Source of the DNA: Bugula neritina
Lineage: Eukaryota > Animalia > Bryozoa
Assembly (NCBI GenBank): GCA_964035545.1
Contig: OZ037767.1
Location: 5,224,707-5,288,706 of the forward strand
Direction: 5' to 3'
Length of the DNA stretch: 64,000 nucleotides
This document shows positions 26,501 through 38,528 of the stretch, in pieces (the first letter of the stretch is position 1; every line of letters begins with the position of its first letter). The position numbers were made by a program, and so were the translations under genes. The notes under the pieces were generated by a model that saw only the letters and a program-made list of their open reading frames with translations, was not told the DNA's origin and made no database searches.

Positions 26501-29500
26501 TGAGACGACTAAATGGTATGCTGAATCAGCTAGCTAAGTTTATCCCTCACCTGTCTGAAATCACAGCTCCCATGAGAGAGTTACTGAAAGAAAGTAAGGC
26601 TTGGACATGGAATCAACCTCAAGAGGAAGCTTTCCAAAAGGTAAAGCAAACACTGATGTCTGCTCAGGTCATAGCACACTATGATCCCAAGCTGAAAACA
26701 ATTGTTGCCACTGATGCTAGCAACACTGGACTTGGAGCTGCTATGTTCCAAATACAAAAGGATGGGGCAAGGAGGCCAGTATACTATGCATCAAGGTCTT
26801 TAACCTCAGTGGAACAAAATTACGCCGCAATAGAAAAGGAGGCATTGGCAATGGCTTGGGCATGCAACAAGCTTGATCAGTTTTTAAGAGGATTACCTTT
26901 CACTCTAGAGACGGATCACAAGCCTTTGGTTAGGCTTATGGGTGTAAAAGACTTAGACCAAGTGCCAGCCAGGATTCTCCGATTGAGACTGCGGCTCATG
27001 AGGTATGCTCCAAAAATAGAGTATATCCCAGGGTCTCGCAACCACGTAGCAGATGCATTGTCGCGAGCACCCTCTGGTATACCATCTCGCATAGATGTGA
27101 TGCTAGTTGAAGAGCTAGAAGCTAGCACTTCCATTATACCTTCGATAGATCCGATGATCGAAGAAATCAAGGAGGCACAACAATTAGATGCTGTGTGCCA
27201 AGAGGTCCAGAATCTCATCATAAAAGGATGGCCTACATATAAAACAGATGCCCACACAGCAGTACACCCTTACTGGGATGTCAAAGGACATTTGACACAA
27301 TCTAAAGGCCTTCTCTTATATGATCAGCGGCTAGTCATCCCTAGCAACTTAAGACTAAAACTGCTTGACCGCATTCACCAGGCCCATCAAGGAATAGTAA
27401 AATGCCAGGCAAGAGCCAGAAGAGCTATCTGGTGGCCGGGAATGTCTAAACAAATAAAAGAAATGGTACAGGGGTGTCGACAGTGCAGAATTAACTCACC
27501 GACCCCGGTGGAGCCTCTGCAGCCATCCACCTTGCCATCTAAACCCTGGATAAAGTTAGGTGCAGACCTGTTCGAGTTCCAGAAAAAGAACTATCTGTTA
27601 GTGGTCGATTATCATAGCAGATACATAGAAGTTAGGAGATTAGACTCACTGTCGTCAGCATTCACTGTGGACAAAGTTAAATCCATCTTCTCAACTCATG
27701 GAATTCCCGAGGTAGTCATTTCTGACAATGGACCTCAGTTCAGCTCTAGGGAGTTCCAAGAATTTGCCAAGAGTTATGGTTTTCAACACGTGACCAGCTC
27801 TCCGAAATATCCAAAAGCCAATGGCGAAGCTGAGAGAGCGGTAGGAACAGTAAAGCGTCTGTGGAGCAAAACTACAGATCCATACCTAAGCCTATTAACC
27901 TATAGAGCTACCCCACTCGAAAACGGATTCACTCCTTCAGAACTTTTGATGAACAGGCTACTTCGAACTACTCTACCCTCCATGCCTGAAACCCGAGTGG
28001 TTCACAAGCCACCAAACATTGCTGAGAAGGAACAACACATAAATCTAAGGACCATGAATAACTACAACCAACGGCACAAAGCCACTCTGTTGCCTGAACT
28101 TTCTCAAGGTTCACCCGTCTATGTCAGAGACACTAAGAAACAGGGCACAGTTCTGGCAAGCGTAGCTCCACACTCATACACGGTTAAAACTGAAACAGGA
28201 GTTATACGCCGAAACAGAAGTGCGTTGGTAGATCTTCGGGAAGAGGACCCCGTGGTGCTTGAACCAAATGCTCCTCCGCCGGTTCCTATGGGTGCAGAGG
28301 TGCTTGGTCCAAAAGCTAACAAAAAAGCCAATCCATCAGGAACGCAGGCACCCGGAACATTGGTCGCAGAGGGCTCGGGTACGTCTTTAGCCCATACAGC
28401 CAGTCCAACGGTTCCGGGTAGGTTTTGTGCTCTATCCAGAGAGCGAAGATTGCCCCGGAGATTTGATGACTATGTGATGAATTAACATCCAGACGATCTA
28501 ACCGCGGAGACACTCGTGCCTTCTATGGAACAATCATAAAAATACATATTGTCATGTTTTTTCTCACTATTGTTAACCTTCACTTACTATTGTCAATCTT
28601 AATTAATAGCATACGTGATTACATATAAATGTTTTTTGTAACCCACTTAGAAAGGGGGATGTTGTGTTGTTTGACTCGCTATTATTCACCGCGAGACTCG
28701 TTGAGCTCGGGGATTTTCCTACTAGCTAGAATTGAAATAAATCACGATAATTATCAGCTTAGACTCAATCCAACGTTGTTGTACTCTTACGCACCAATCA
28801 CACAATTATCATAAATATAATTGACATTAATTATTTTAGCTAGTTTCAATTTACAGCTTGAAAATAATTTTGTCTTTGGTCTAGTTGAATAGAAAGTTGT
28901 TTTTGTGTGCTGAATGGTGAAAGTTAGCTTATATATATATTTGTTTACACTAATTAGTGCTTAAAAAATGCCTTACTTTTAAGCAAAATTTTATTAAATT
29001 GTTGAACCAACTGTTTCCTTGTGATTTTATGGTAACAGGTTATGGTTGCCCATCCTTGGAGTACAGAAATTTTTTGTGAAGCTGTGAAAGATTTCTGTAT
29101 TGCCTCGCTGACACATATTGAATACAGAGTAAGAATTGCTGCAGGTGAATATTGTTTTCCAATCTCATCATAAGCAAAATTGAAAATTGTCATATTCTTA
29201 AGCTGTTGCAAGCGTTTCGACTTATATATTTGATAGGAGAATGCCTCGGAGGGTTGTGCATGAAGTTTGGTTCTAGCATTTATGTAGACGTAAAGGATAT
29301 AATACTATCTGGAATCAGGGATAATTTGGAAAGAGACATGGCCAAAGATGAGTCCCCCAATATATATTTAGAGGTGGGTTTACTTTGAAACTTGCATTAG
29401 GTTTTTTATTTGCCTTATTTGCTTACCGACTACAATGTGTCATTAACAAAACTTTTAGATAATTATTTATTTGTTTTCAATGAGAATAAGTGTTTTGACA

Positions 29501-32500
29501 CAAATTTAGTAGCATGAGAGTAGCTTCAATTATTGAGGTTTATTTTGAATTGTATTATAAATTCAAGTATGCCAATAATGCACAACCTTTTGATTACTGA
29601 AACTGCCATCACTGATTCGATAACCAGGAAGCGGGACAGATTGATGGGAATGCTTCCCCTCGTACATCTACACTGATGATGGCGGAGCGAATGGCTAACT
29701 TTGATGAACACACCAAGAAAATATTTCATGACACAGCTGGGTGGAAGAATCTGGAAACTTTTATGAAGTATGTATTCTACAGATTGTGCTGCTTAGAAAA
29801 GATATTAATTGTTTTAAAAAGCAACACATTTTTTTGCTATACTTGTTTCAACATTACAATAAGTATTCTAGTCCGAAAAAAACCGTGGTGTTCTGCAACT
29901 CCAAATTAACTAAATAATTAGGAAAAACATAGTAAATTAAGCAAAATTAAAAAGAACCTTGATTATTTATTTGTTTTTTTTTAAATTTTGGTTATTTTAG
30001 AGCAGCTAAATTGTAAAAATATAGCTAAAAACCGGAAGTTTCGAGTGTGCACTAAATTAAGTAAAATGACCCGCATCCAATCATAACCGCTCCTGTGCTA
30101 CCGTAAAAACCTTCAAACCATGTTGCCAGCATGGTAAGAAGCACAGTCCTTATAACATCCATGTAATCATAGGATTCTCGCAGAAGTAGAAACTTTAAAA
30201 CTTACACAAGCTTTGGTGGCTCAACCAAATATTATTAGTTGTGAAGAGAAATGATCCTAGCTGTGTATTACAGTTACACACTCTGATATTTTTTGTATTA
30301 TTGTATACTTTAAACTTGTTTATTATTAGAACTGAAGACCAACGCTAATTGGCCATAAAGCGATGATTAGTTTAGTTGATACTAGTATAGTTGTGTATTA
30401 CAGTTACACACTCGTACAGTTCTTGTATGACTATATACTATGAACTGGTGTTGTGCTAAGACTGGTCATTTCTCCACTACAGATGTTTGCAGTCTGTGAT
30501 AGACGGATGTGGTGTTCAGTTCAACAACCAGATTAACCAGGAGCTGCTGGATCTCATATTCACTGCACTGACTCATACAAACAGATTCGTGAGAGAGACG
30601 GGCTATCAAGTATGCGGTTCTCTTGTCTCATGCAACAGCCAAGCTTTAGGTACTTAGTCTATTTTGTATGATGAATGTGATAACTTTGATACGAGAGAGT
30701 TGGCATACTAATGTGAATTGTTTGCGCTTTTCATCTTTGATTGATTTGTCCAGCAGTAAGTTGTAAACAATTATATGCCACATTTTTTTGCAAATTTATT
30801 CAAAAATTAATTCTAACTCATTTGTATTCAACTTCAAAGTCACTGGCTTCTCGCTCTCAATATTTACTCATAATAATTTTTTTATATCATGATATTCAGT
30901 TTAGAAATTTTTTTATCTATAAAAATATTCGCCATGATATATAGCTTTTTATTTTATTTTGTCAGTTTCATGTTGGATCAAGCAAAAGAGTTGTTTCTAG
31001 TTTTAAAATGTTTCTGTCGTAAAAGATTCACAGACAGCTAAGAAACATTGGCATTCTCTCACCATGTGGCTAAAAATTAAAAGCAAATGTTTTAGGATTG
31101 CTATTTATTTTTTATAAAATGTCTTCTTTTTATATAAAAATATGAAAGTAGTTAAAAAGAAATTATTTAATGTTCTCTTCTCAAGCCCCATGTTAGTATT
31201 TGATATGTTCACATTTTTTTAAACGACTCATTAGCTTCTTCTGTTTACATCATTTCCTGGCAGTATTGGTAGCAAAGGATCTTAATATTAGTTAACTGTT
31301 TAAGAAATTAGAAATTCTATTTTTATAATTGTTTGATTAGTGTTGATGTACGTCTCCCCCAGTACTTTCTTCTTATTGAGTATGAGTAACAGAACTGCTA
31401 TTGTCACTTACTGAGTATGAGTAACAGAGCTGCTATTGTCACAGGGTCGGAAGAGAAGCCCGACAAACTCGCTGACTCTATACTCATCTTTGGCATGCAA
31501 TTTGCTAAACACCTAGCCTCAGGTCTGGCTGACAATTGGAGCCAGGTTAGGTTGGCATCATCTCAGGCCACAAGACAGTTCTTGGCTGCCTTAGATGCCG
31601 AGTCTATGTCACAGTACATGCCTCTGCTGCTACCGAGGATGTGTCTTAATAGGTACGTATCGCCTGACCTTTTCTGGTCCAGTCATGGCTTTCTCTGTGC
31701 CAGTCTTGGGCTTTCAGAAAAATTAATTTTGAACTTGAAAAGTTTCTGTTCTTTTTTTGCTATGCAAATGAATTACAGGAAACGATGTCTGCATATGTTT
31801 AAAAATAGAGTAACTAAAATTGTAAAAGAAATATTTATGGAATTAATTATTTTATCTGTAGTACCACCAAATTTGAATTATAATAATTTTGTTTTGAGGT
31901 GAGACTCTTTTTGGTGTCACTCAAGATCAAATAAACACTTTTTATTTAGATACTACGTTGCCGAAGGAGTTCGAATTTATTCTCAGGAAACATGGCGGAG
32001 GGTGGCTGGAGATGATGGTAAACTGTTGGTGCAGAAGTACATCAAACCAACTGTGAGTAACACTTCTGCAGTTTATAGCCTCTATTAAATGTCAACATAC
32101 TAGTATATAACTCTAATATGTAAGTAATACTACTCTTAATACCACCCAAAAGGCAAAATGTCTCGCTGTTAAAATATTTTAACTTTCAGCAATTTTAATT
32201 GGAACTTGCATTACAGAGCGTTGGTTTTACACTGACTGAGTGTGCCGTTTTATTCACCAGCTTTATATGTTTGACTTGTCATGAAGGTGGACTTCTACAT
32301 CAGCCAATCAGAGGCAGACAATCATGCGGTGAGAGAGGCAGCTTGTTCGTGCATTGCTGAGCTGGGATCTAAAATAGACAAGGAGTGTGTGCGGCCTTAC
32401 GTTGCCAGTTTACTCGGTACTCTAAAGGTGTGCTTTGAAGATGACAGTTGGCCTGTCCGAGATGGTAAGTATATATACTACATTACTGTATATATATACC

Positions 32501-35500
32501 ATATACACATTGTCACTGTGGCAAGTATATAATATACTTATTTTCATCTAATAAATTTTGAATTAATAATTGAGACTTGGTGTTTAATACAAATAGATTA
32601 ATTGGTAACATGAGTAAAATACATTGCATAATAATTGAATCAATTCAAAACAAACAAGACTTATAAATATTACATATACAACTGTGCACGCACTGGAATA
32701 GTTATTATGATTGTTTTATTTTCATGTTCTAGAATCTAGAGCTATTGTATGCATAGCTATTAGTTAAAAATATTTCTCACTTATACCAAATATTTTGTTT
32801 TTAAACTCATGGCATTATGCTTCTTAAATGTTAGTGATATTTTATTCAGTTCATACTTTTATGTTTAACATTCCCCTTTTTTAGGGCCAACGTGTCATAC
32901 CCGAACTACATGTCACTATGTGCCATCATATATCTCATACCCCCCCCCCCCCGTGTCATCATGCAATATCATAGTCTTCAGTTTAAATAACTTCTATTAT
33001 TTGATCTTTCTCCAGTCAGCTATGAATCTACCTTAAAAGTTGAACTGTGTGTGTTTTAGCTGCTTGCATGGCATCTGGTAACTTCATATACTGTTTCCCT
33101 GAAGAGGCTAAACCCTATCTAGAGCAGCTCAAGCCTCTGTTCTTTGAAAACTTGAAAGACAATATTCCATCAGTACGGAGTGGCGCTGCTCATAGTCTCG
33201 CTAATGTCACTAAAGTATATGGTGAGTATTTGTATTCTATCTGAGGGATACCTCAACTATTCTACTGTCTATATTGTATATCTACTATATATTAATACCA
33301 ATTTCATATATATGTATATAATATATAGACATATGCTAATATATGCATATGTCTATATGTCTATAGGAATATGTATATACATAAATACTCATATATACAT
33401 ATTTGCATTATAAACAAATATTGATTTTGATGTTAATATCTTTTAATAATATACATTCGATTTTTAATTTTAATTAATTTTGCCTAGGCAATTTGTAGAA
33501 GTTATATGTTGTTGAGCATATATATATATATATATATTTGAATATATCTTTGTCTACCAACTAGCATTAGGTTATGGCTATGTTGTTCCAGAGAATGAAT
33601 TGTCAGCTGAACTGCTGAAGTTAATAGAGGATTCCTTGAAGGCAGTCGAGAACCAGAAAGCCAACACTGATAAGTACGGGGGTCTGGAGAAAGGCCCCGC
33701 AACTTATAGCGTTGTTAAACAGGCTAGAGACAACGATGCAGATCTCCATACCAACAACACGGTTAGTTTTATGTTGTGTGAATTTCATACAGTTTTAAGA
33801 CTGTTTTAAAATATAATCTACCACTTTTTTGAGTTTTTTGTTTTATTTTGTGTATAGAAAGCCATTTTTACTTTTTTTAATAAACAATATGGATGAATCT
33901 CTATGAAGTTTCGTTTAATGTGCCAATAGTTGTAGTTTAGCTTATACCTGTATATGATGAGTTTTTAGTAAACCTCATCTAACAACATTCCTACAGTATA
34001 TCTAAGTCAGTGTTGTGTTTTTAACAGATGTATTCTTGCGGTTCTCTGGCACCTAAAATGGGCCGAGGTGGTTCAAAGGATAAGGGTGGATGTATGCACT
34101 CCACCTTCCGGCGGCAGGCTGAACCTTGGGAAGTTGCTGAAGGGTGTGCTATACAATATCATGTCTACTTTTCATTTTATAAACTGCTATGTTAATGCAT
34201 ATCCCAATGCTGTGTTACTTATCAGTATATGCACAACTGTGATTATTTGAACATGATATTCTCCTGGGCTGGTAATTTTATTAGAAATAAATAAACGAGA
34301 AACATTTTTATTACGACTTTGTTTGTTTTAATATAAATAAAGTGGCAATAACAATGTTTCTCGGTCATTTACTGTATGTCTAGCTATATTAATGTAATTC
34401 CCAATGTTGTGTTAAGCAACACACTATTGCTGACACAGTATTTCATGACTGCAACTAAGATGTTGCATGTAAAGTTTGAGCTGTATATTTTATTCAGTAT
34501 ATTATGTGTATTATACTGTATGCTATACTGAGTATATAGTACACATTGTCTAGTATACTGTATATTACATATTACAGACATATTTATGTATTATAATATA
34601 TAGTATATAGTACACATTTTCTAGTATACCATATATTACAGACATATTTATGTATAATTAGCCTGGGTGCTCATCTATTGAACCAGGTGTGCACATCTCA
34701 TGTCTGAACTCTCTGTAATACAAACATTACACCAACCAATTTCTGCCCTGCTGCCGTTACTCGCTGCCGCTGTATCCCACAGAGAATACACTCAGCATGT
34801 CGTCCTTCTGGAAACTCTGTGTAAAATTGTGAGATATTCCAACATAATAGTCTATCATTGCTGCTTTATTTGTCGTTAGTTGGCTTTGATCAGAACATAG
34901 CTGAATGCATGAACTGAAGCCTGTGTACTTGGTTTCTACAGGTTCTCTTACCTCTTTACTTGCTATGAGTTTACATTTATAGTAGATGAAAAGTTCAACA
35001 ACCTGTAGAAACCTGGAACACGGCCTTCTGCATTTGTAGCTCTATTATGTCTATTGAATAATGCTCATCAGTACTTTATGGTGCTGGTATTTATGTAGAT
35101 GCCACAGATTTCTAGAAATATTGGGAAAAGACTCTTCAAACCTCATCTGGAGTTATTTTTTGAGCCCATATTTTACGCTTTGGTAAGTTGTCTACAAGTA
35201 TGGTGAATTAGGATAATATTGGCTAAGTACTCTTTGGTAATGTGTCTATGTGATGACATTACTTGCTAGGTACTATTTGGTAATATGTCTATGTGATGAC
35301 ATGCTTGCTATATACATGCTAGGTATTTGCTGGGTATGTGGTGTATTGGTTTGGCTATCAATATTGCAGTAAGTTTGTTGATAGGTAAACCAAGCTATTA
35401 CATCTACTGACACTAATTAGACATCTCTGTTTCCTAGTCTTGTATTTACTGTATTCAACAGAGCATGCTATGATTTATGGCTCAATAAATTGCACTGTAT

Positions 35501-36088
35501 CTATAAATAGCTCATAAAACATGCTGAATGCAATATTTTAAAGGAGAATCAAGGTGTTTTTCATGTGTACTGTCATTGTATTCTGTATACTGCTTACTGA
35601 GCCTAATTTGTACTGTACAGTGATATCGGACAACTTTGAATATTATAAGTTTTTAGTCTATTTAATTTTGCTCTGAAAACATTTCAAATAATGTAGTGTT
35701 CGTTTGTTTTACCTGACTGAAATCATGGATATCTTGCTTTGTATTATCTTAATTGTATGTTATTACAACAAAGCCTAGCAGAGGGAATCTGGCATCACCG
35801 TATATACTACATCTGTTGCAGTCCTGTGACAATGCCTTGACTTCCAGTGCCGCTAGTCAGTGTTTGAACCATCTTAGCAACTATCTGGGCCCAAACATAC
35901 TCCGAGGTCGGGTGGAGATGTATAATCCTCAGTAAGTTTAGACTTTCAATTGATAAAATTGCTTCTTTCCATCAGTCATTGTCATTTGCCAGTGTTTCAA
36001 CTTGTTGAGAATGTTTTCTACATTCAATTTGCTTTCTTGTAGCCTTCTATCTCAATTACAAGCCAATATTATGGTAGCACCCATGTGA
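23568..36088 (+). CDS. Uncharacterised HEAT/ARM-repeat protein (multi-exon)
   Basis: In-frame GT-AG exons with HEAT-type signatures: IEYRVRIAAGECLG, NRFVRETG, GLADNWSQVRLASS, LLPRMCLNRYYVAEGVR, ADNHAVREAACSCIAELG, CFEDDSWPVRDAAC and DNIPSVRSGAA. The C-terminal part contains MYSCGSLAPKMGRGG and ends ANIMVAPM* at 36088. Confidence 0.88.
24264..24408 (+). repeat. 5' LTR
   Basis: 145 bp, TG...CA, contains AATAAA, identical to 28660-28804. Confidence 0.97.
24433..28485 (+). CDS. Single-ORF Gag-Pol polyprotein (Gag, protease, RT, RNase H, integrase), 1350 aa
   Basis: Two CCHC knuckles (CKRCGREPHSKAEC, CRKCKKVGHFQRQC), protease KLDTGA, RT (LDANSGFWQI, RLPFGISSAPE, HMDD), RNase H (TDAS...EKEALA...TDHKPL), integrase HHCC and DLFE/DNGPQF/E core, in Gypsy domain order. 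Confidence 0.98.
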   Translation: MGDEEVQQQIIVHRNAPRIEPPGEIVLNCEREQNFRKFKSRWQSFYILSRLSEESDEYQRALLLYTIGDDACRVVESSHKYQNDKSLAAIIDILEQYCVGERNIVHERYKFNTRCQLQGENFDAFYSELRTLADKCGFNYRPATDEAPAPFDEMLRDRIVLGIRDDSLRKKLISQGNTLTLDQAVRICRSSEVTSTVMQSVTKGASSGSVDAISKAQSSYPKYKQSKPSHTRKQGGAVQLPVNSQMYKPTNSQDHCKRCGREPHSKAECPAKDAQCRKCKKVGHFQRQCRSTSIQEVTEASSDDGIMFTGEFKIENLTVDAWKAEVAVNGNCTTFKLDTGADGTVVSDKLPWLSTISLQTTGVRLYGPGGKQLQVLGTFEADLQYKSQKYKETAYVIQNQSTSLLGRTACEKLGLITCQVKQQGEITKDIHTGFSKLFKGLGALKGYSYRISLIPDYQPTCIYTPRKIPIPLRDKTKKKLDEMAQQGVISPVTEATEWCSGMVPVLKPSGDVRVCVDLTGLNKAVRREIYPMPAVDESIGLLGASKIFSKLDANSGFWQIHLDKESRKLTTFLTPFGRFCFNRLPFGISSAPEIFSRAMCRLLGDIENVICHMDDILVHGKDAESHDKTLKLVLSRLEEAGLTLNEDKCEIGQAQVKFLGHIIDAKGVGPDPDKVASIRDFPAPTCKTELRRLNGMLNQLAKFIPHLSEITAPMRELLKESKAWTWNQPQEEAFQKVKQTLMSAQVIAHYDPKLKTIVATDASNTGLGAAMFQIQKDGARRPVYYASRSLTSVEQNYAAIEKEALAMAWACNKLDQFLRGLPFTLETDHKPLVRLMGVKDLDQVPARILRLRLRLMRYAPKIEYIPGSRNHVADALSRAPSGIPSRIDVMLVEELEASTSIIPSIDPMIEEIKEAQQLDAVCQEVQNLIIKGWPTYKTDAHTAVHPYWDVKGHLTQSKGLLLYDQRLVIPSNLRLKLLDRIHQAHQGIVKCQARARRAIWWPGMSKQIKEMVQGCRQCRINSPTPVEPLQPSTLPSKPWIKLGADLFEFQKKNYLLVVDYHSRYIEVRRLDSLSSAFTVDKVKSIFSTHGIPEVVISDNGPQFSSREFQEFAKSYGFQHVTSSPKYPKANGEAERAVGTVKRLWSKTTDPYLSLLTYRATPLENGFTPSELLMNRLLRTTLPSMPETRVVHKPPNIAEKEQHINLRTMNNYNQRHKATLLPELSQGSPVYVRDTKKQGTVLASVAPHSYTVKTETGVIRRNRSALVDLREEDPVVLEPNAPPPVPMGAEVLGPKANKKANPSGTQAPGTLVAEGSGTSLAHTASPTVPGRFCALSRERRLPRRFDDYVMN
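28660..28804 (+). repeat. 3' LTR
   Basis: 145 bp, preceded by the polypurine tract and followed by the target-site duplication ATTAT. Confidence 0.97.
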
Positions 36089-37239
36089 TTGGATGGATCT
36101 GAAGTGTCTAGTCGGTAAAAAATCGGATTTGAAGAGTACAATACTTAAAGCTATCTGACTCGTTTTAATGACATACAAGCATTTCAGGCTTTGAATGTTC
36201 AGCTTTGAAGGTCAACTATGGACTTATATTGTGCCTATTTTGTGCATTTGTCTTTTTTGTTGTTAGTTTAAAATTCAATGAGTTTCGATAATTTTTTGTT
36301 ACTTTCACATTTGATTCACTAATATGGCGGCTGAACTGTTATTTTATCTGCTAAAGGTTTGGCTTGTAAGATGTTATACTTATTGGTACCTTCCAACCAT
36401 TTACTGAAGAGTTGACATACTGCTTTATATATTTGGGAACATGTATGCGTGATCTAGTATCCCATTTTTGTGTTTTTAAGTAAATATATGATGTTGATGA
36501 AATACTACTTTTAACATTTACTTTTATTAACTGGTTGATGGTTGAAAGTCTTGCTTTGGAATTAATTAGGTTTAGTTTGGTTTAGAAAAGTTTTGAACAT
36601 CCGTTTGGCTATAAGCTCTTGAAGCTATAATATGTGAGCCTAAAAATTATTGTAAATTTTGCAAGAGCCAATAAAGTAAATAAACATATTCAACAAATTT
36701 ACAAATTTTATTTGATATTTTCCACACAAAACTCTAATGCTAATATCTTTACTAAATAATTCTGTTTATATATCATTGATGGTTATTTAAAATAACAATA
36801 TATAATATAAAACAAGAATTTTATCAGTCTGTTCGCTTAAAATTGATAAAATAACCAGATCAATATTGGAACGTTGATTATAGTTGACTTCTAACTGGAA
36901 AGCAGTAGTTACTCCAATATTTTGCTTATTTCTTCTTTTACTATAAGCTTTGTCAGCAACATTGTGCAATTCAAAACCTTTATTGAGCTTTTGCATGATA
37001 GTTATACAGTAACTTGGTAGCTTTACCGTTTCATCTAGAGTTGTCTGCTGTAAGGATGTAATTGTACGAGCAACGACGGAACTAGCAAAAAATTCTAGTT
37101 CATTGCGAGCAACTACAACATACATGATGTTGTTTTATTGATTTTCCGACTCTAAAATACAAGGACTAGAATTTAGTGACCGTATTTCATTTCTTTATTT
37201 GTGAATCCGGTTTGTTTGAGCGACCAGACCAGCTTTTTA

Positions 37240-38170
37240 CATATGATATTGATATTCATATTGACACTGGTACTATAACTAATTTTCGCTATGGCTACTA
37301 CATCATGATGCCAATGCATATTTTTAAATTTATAATGATAGTTTATTTAATAATTATAACTACCATGAACGTTGCCCTTTATAGCTATAAAAACAGTTTG
37401 ATTAGCAACGCCCCTGTGACAGTGACACTCTGACTCACACTGATAGTGATTCAGTGACTGTCAAATACTAATAGTGAAATACATCATGATGATGAACAAG
37501 TACAACACTAACACACTAATACAGACGCTTGTATTTCACTACTTGTACTTGTATCCATATGCAATCACTGATAGTGATAGTCATAAAAATTTTGATATAC
37601 TTTATACTTATAGTTATACTTATAGTTATAGCATATAGGCATAGCCTATGCCCTATACTCATACTATAGGCAATCACGCTGGACCCATGATGATGATGGT
37701 GCTTATCATTATAACTTATTACTTATAAGTATAAAACTGAGTGACTTTCGACTTCGTCATCAAATTACAACCTTAATTTTATTGTTAAACTTTTAGACAA
37801 ATTAAAATTATCCAGCTTAGCCTTACTAACTGTAAGTTGAACAGTATGAGTATTAGTATTACCATTATGATTATCATAATGCCATGGTGATGATGCTCAT
37901 GATTTTTTCTAAGTATTATTCAGATCAGATTAATTATTCCTGCTGAGCGCCTCTTAACAGAGGCATATTGAACAGGAACTCTTCAATTTGATTATTTCAT
38001 GGATAGTCATAATCATAGTGATAGTGATAGTAGCTACTATTATAGTTGACATTGCTTATGATCATAATCTAAATCATCTCTTATAGTAAAAAGTAAAATT
38101 TTAGTTGCCATAACTATAAAAATGATAGCAAGCATATACAATGTCAATATGAATATTGCCACTATCATTT
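37240..38170. repeat. Degenerate 6-bp-periodic tract upstream of the KPTN ATG
   Basis: Examples: gtgaca gtgaca ctctga ctcaca ctgata gtgatt; tatact tatagt tatact tatagt tatagc. Confidence 0.75.
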
Positions 38171-38528
38171 ATGACCCCGATTGTTAACATAATAAGCTAA
38201 TTATATTTGTGAACAGTCGCATAAATGTTTTGCAAGTAATTAAATACTGCTTCATAGCACAAGTATCTTCTTAGATGTGCTTTGCTAATTTACTGTAATA
38301 ATGTTTTGTACCTAATTATTATACTTGATGTTTACTCTATTTGATAGAAATGCTTACACCTAAATGTTCATGTTAATCTGTTGATACGAATGACAAACTA
38401 AGCTAGATTAAATTTGTCTCAGCTTGTTGAATAAAAACTTTACTTTGTGTTTTCAATTTGCATTGACCTCAATATTTTGTATTTAGGAAAAGGTTGGCGA
38501 TGGTTTTTAATTAAAATAATAGACAGCC

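Larger units (their letters stand above)
24264..28804 (+). mobile_element. Full-length Ty3/Gypsy LTR retrotransposon (Mag-like) in intron 1 of the HEAT gene
   Basis: Identical TG...CA LTRs at 24264-24408 and 28660-28804 (145 bp each). 5-bp target-site duplication ATTAT (24259-24263 and 28805-28809). Primer-binding site TGGTGGCAGCAG from 24409 (tRNA-Leu-like). Polypurine tract AGAAAGGGGGA at 28649-28659. Confidence 0.98.
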
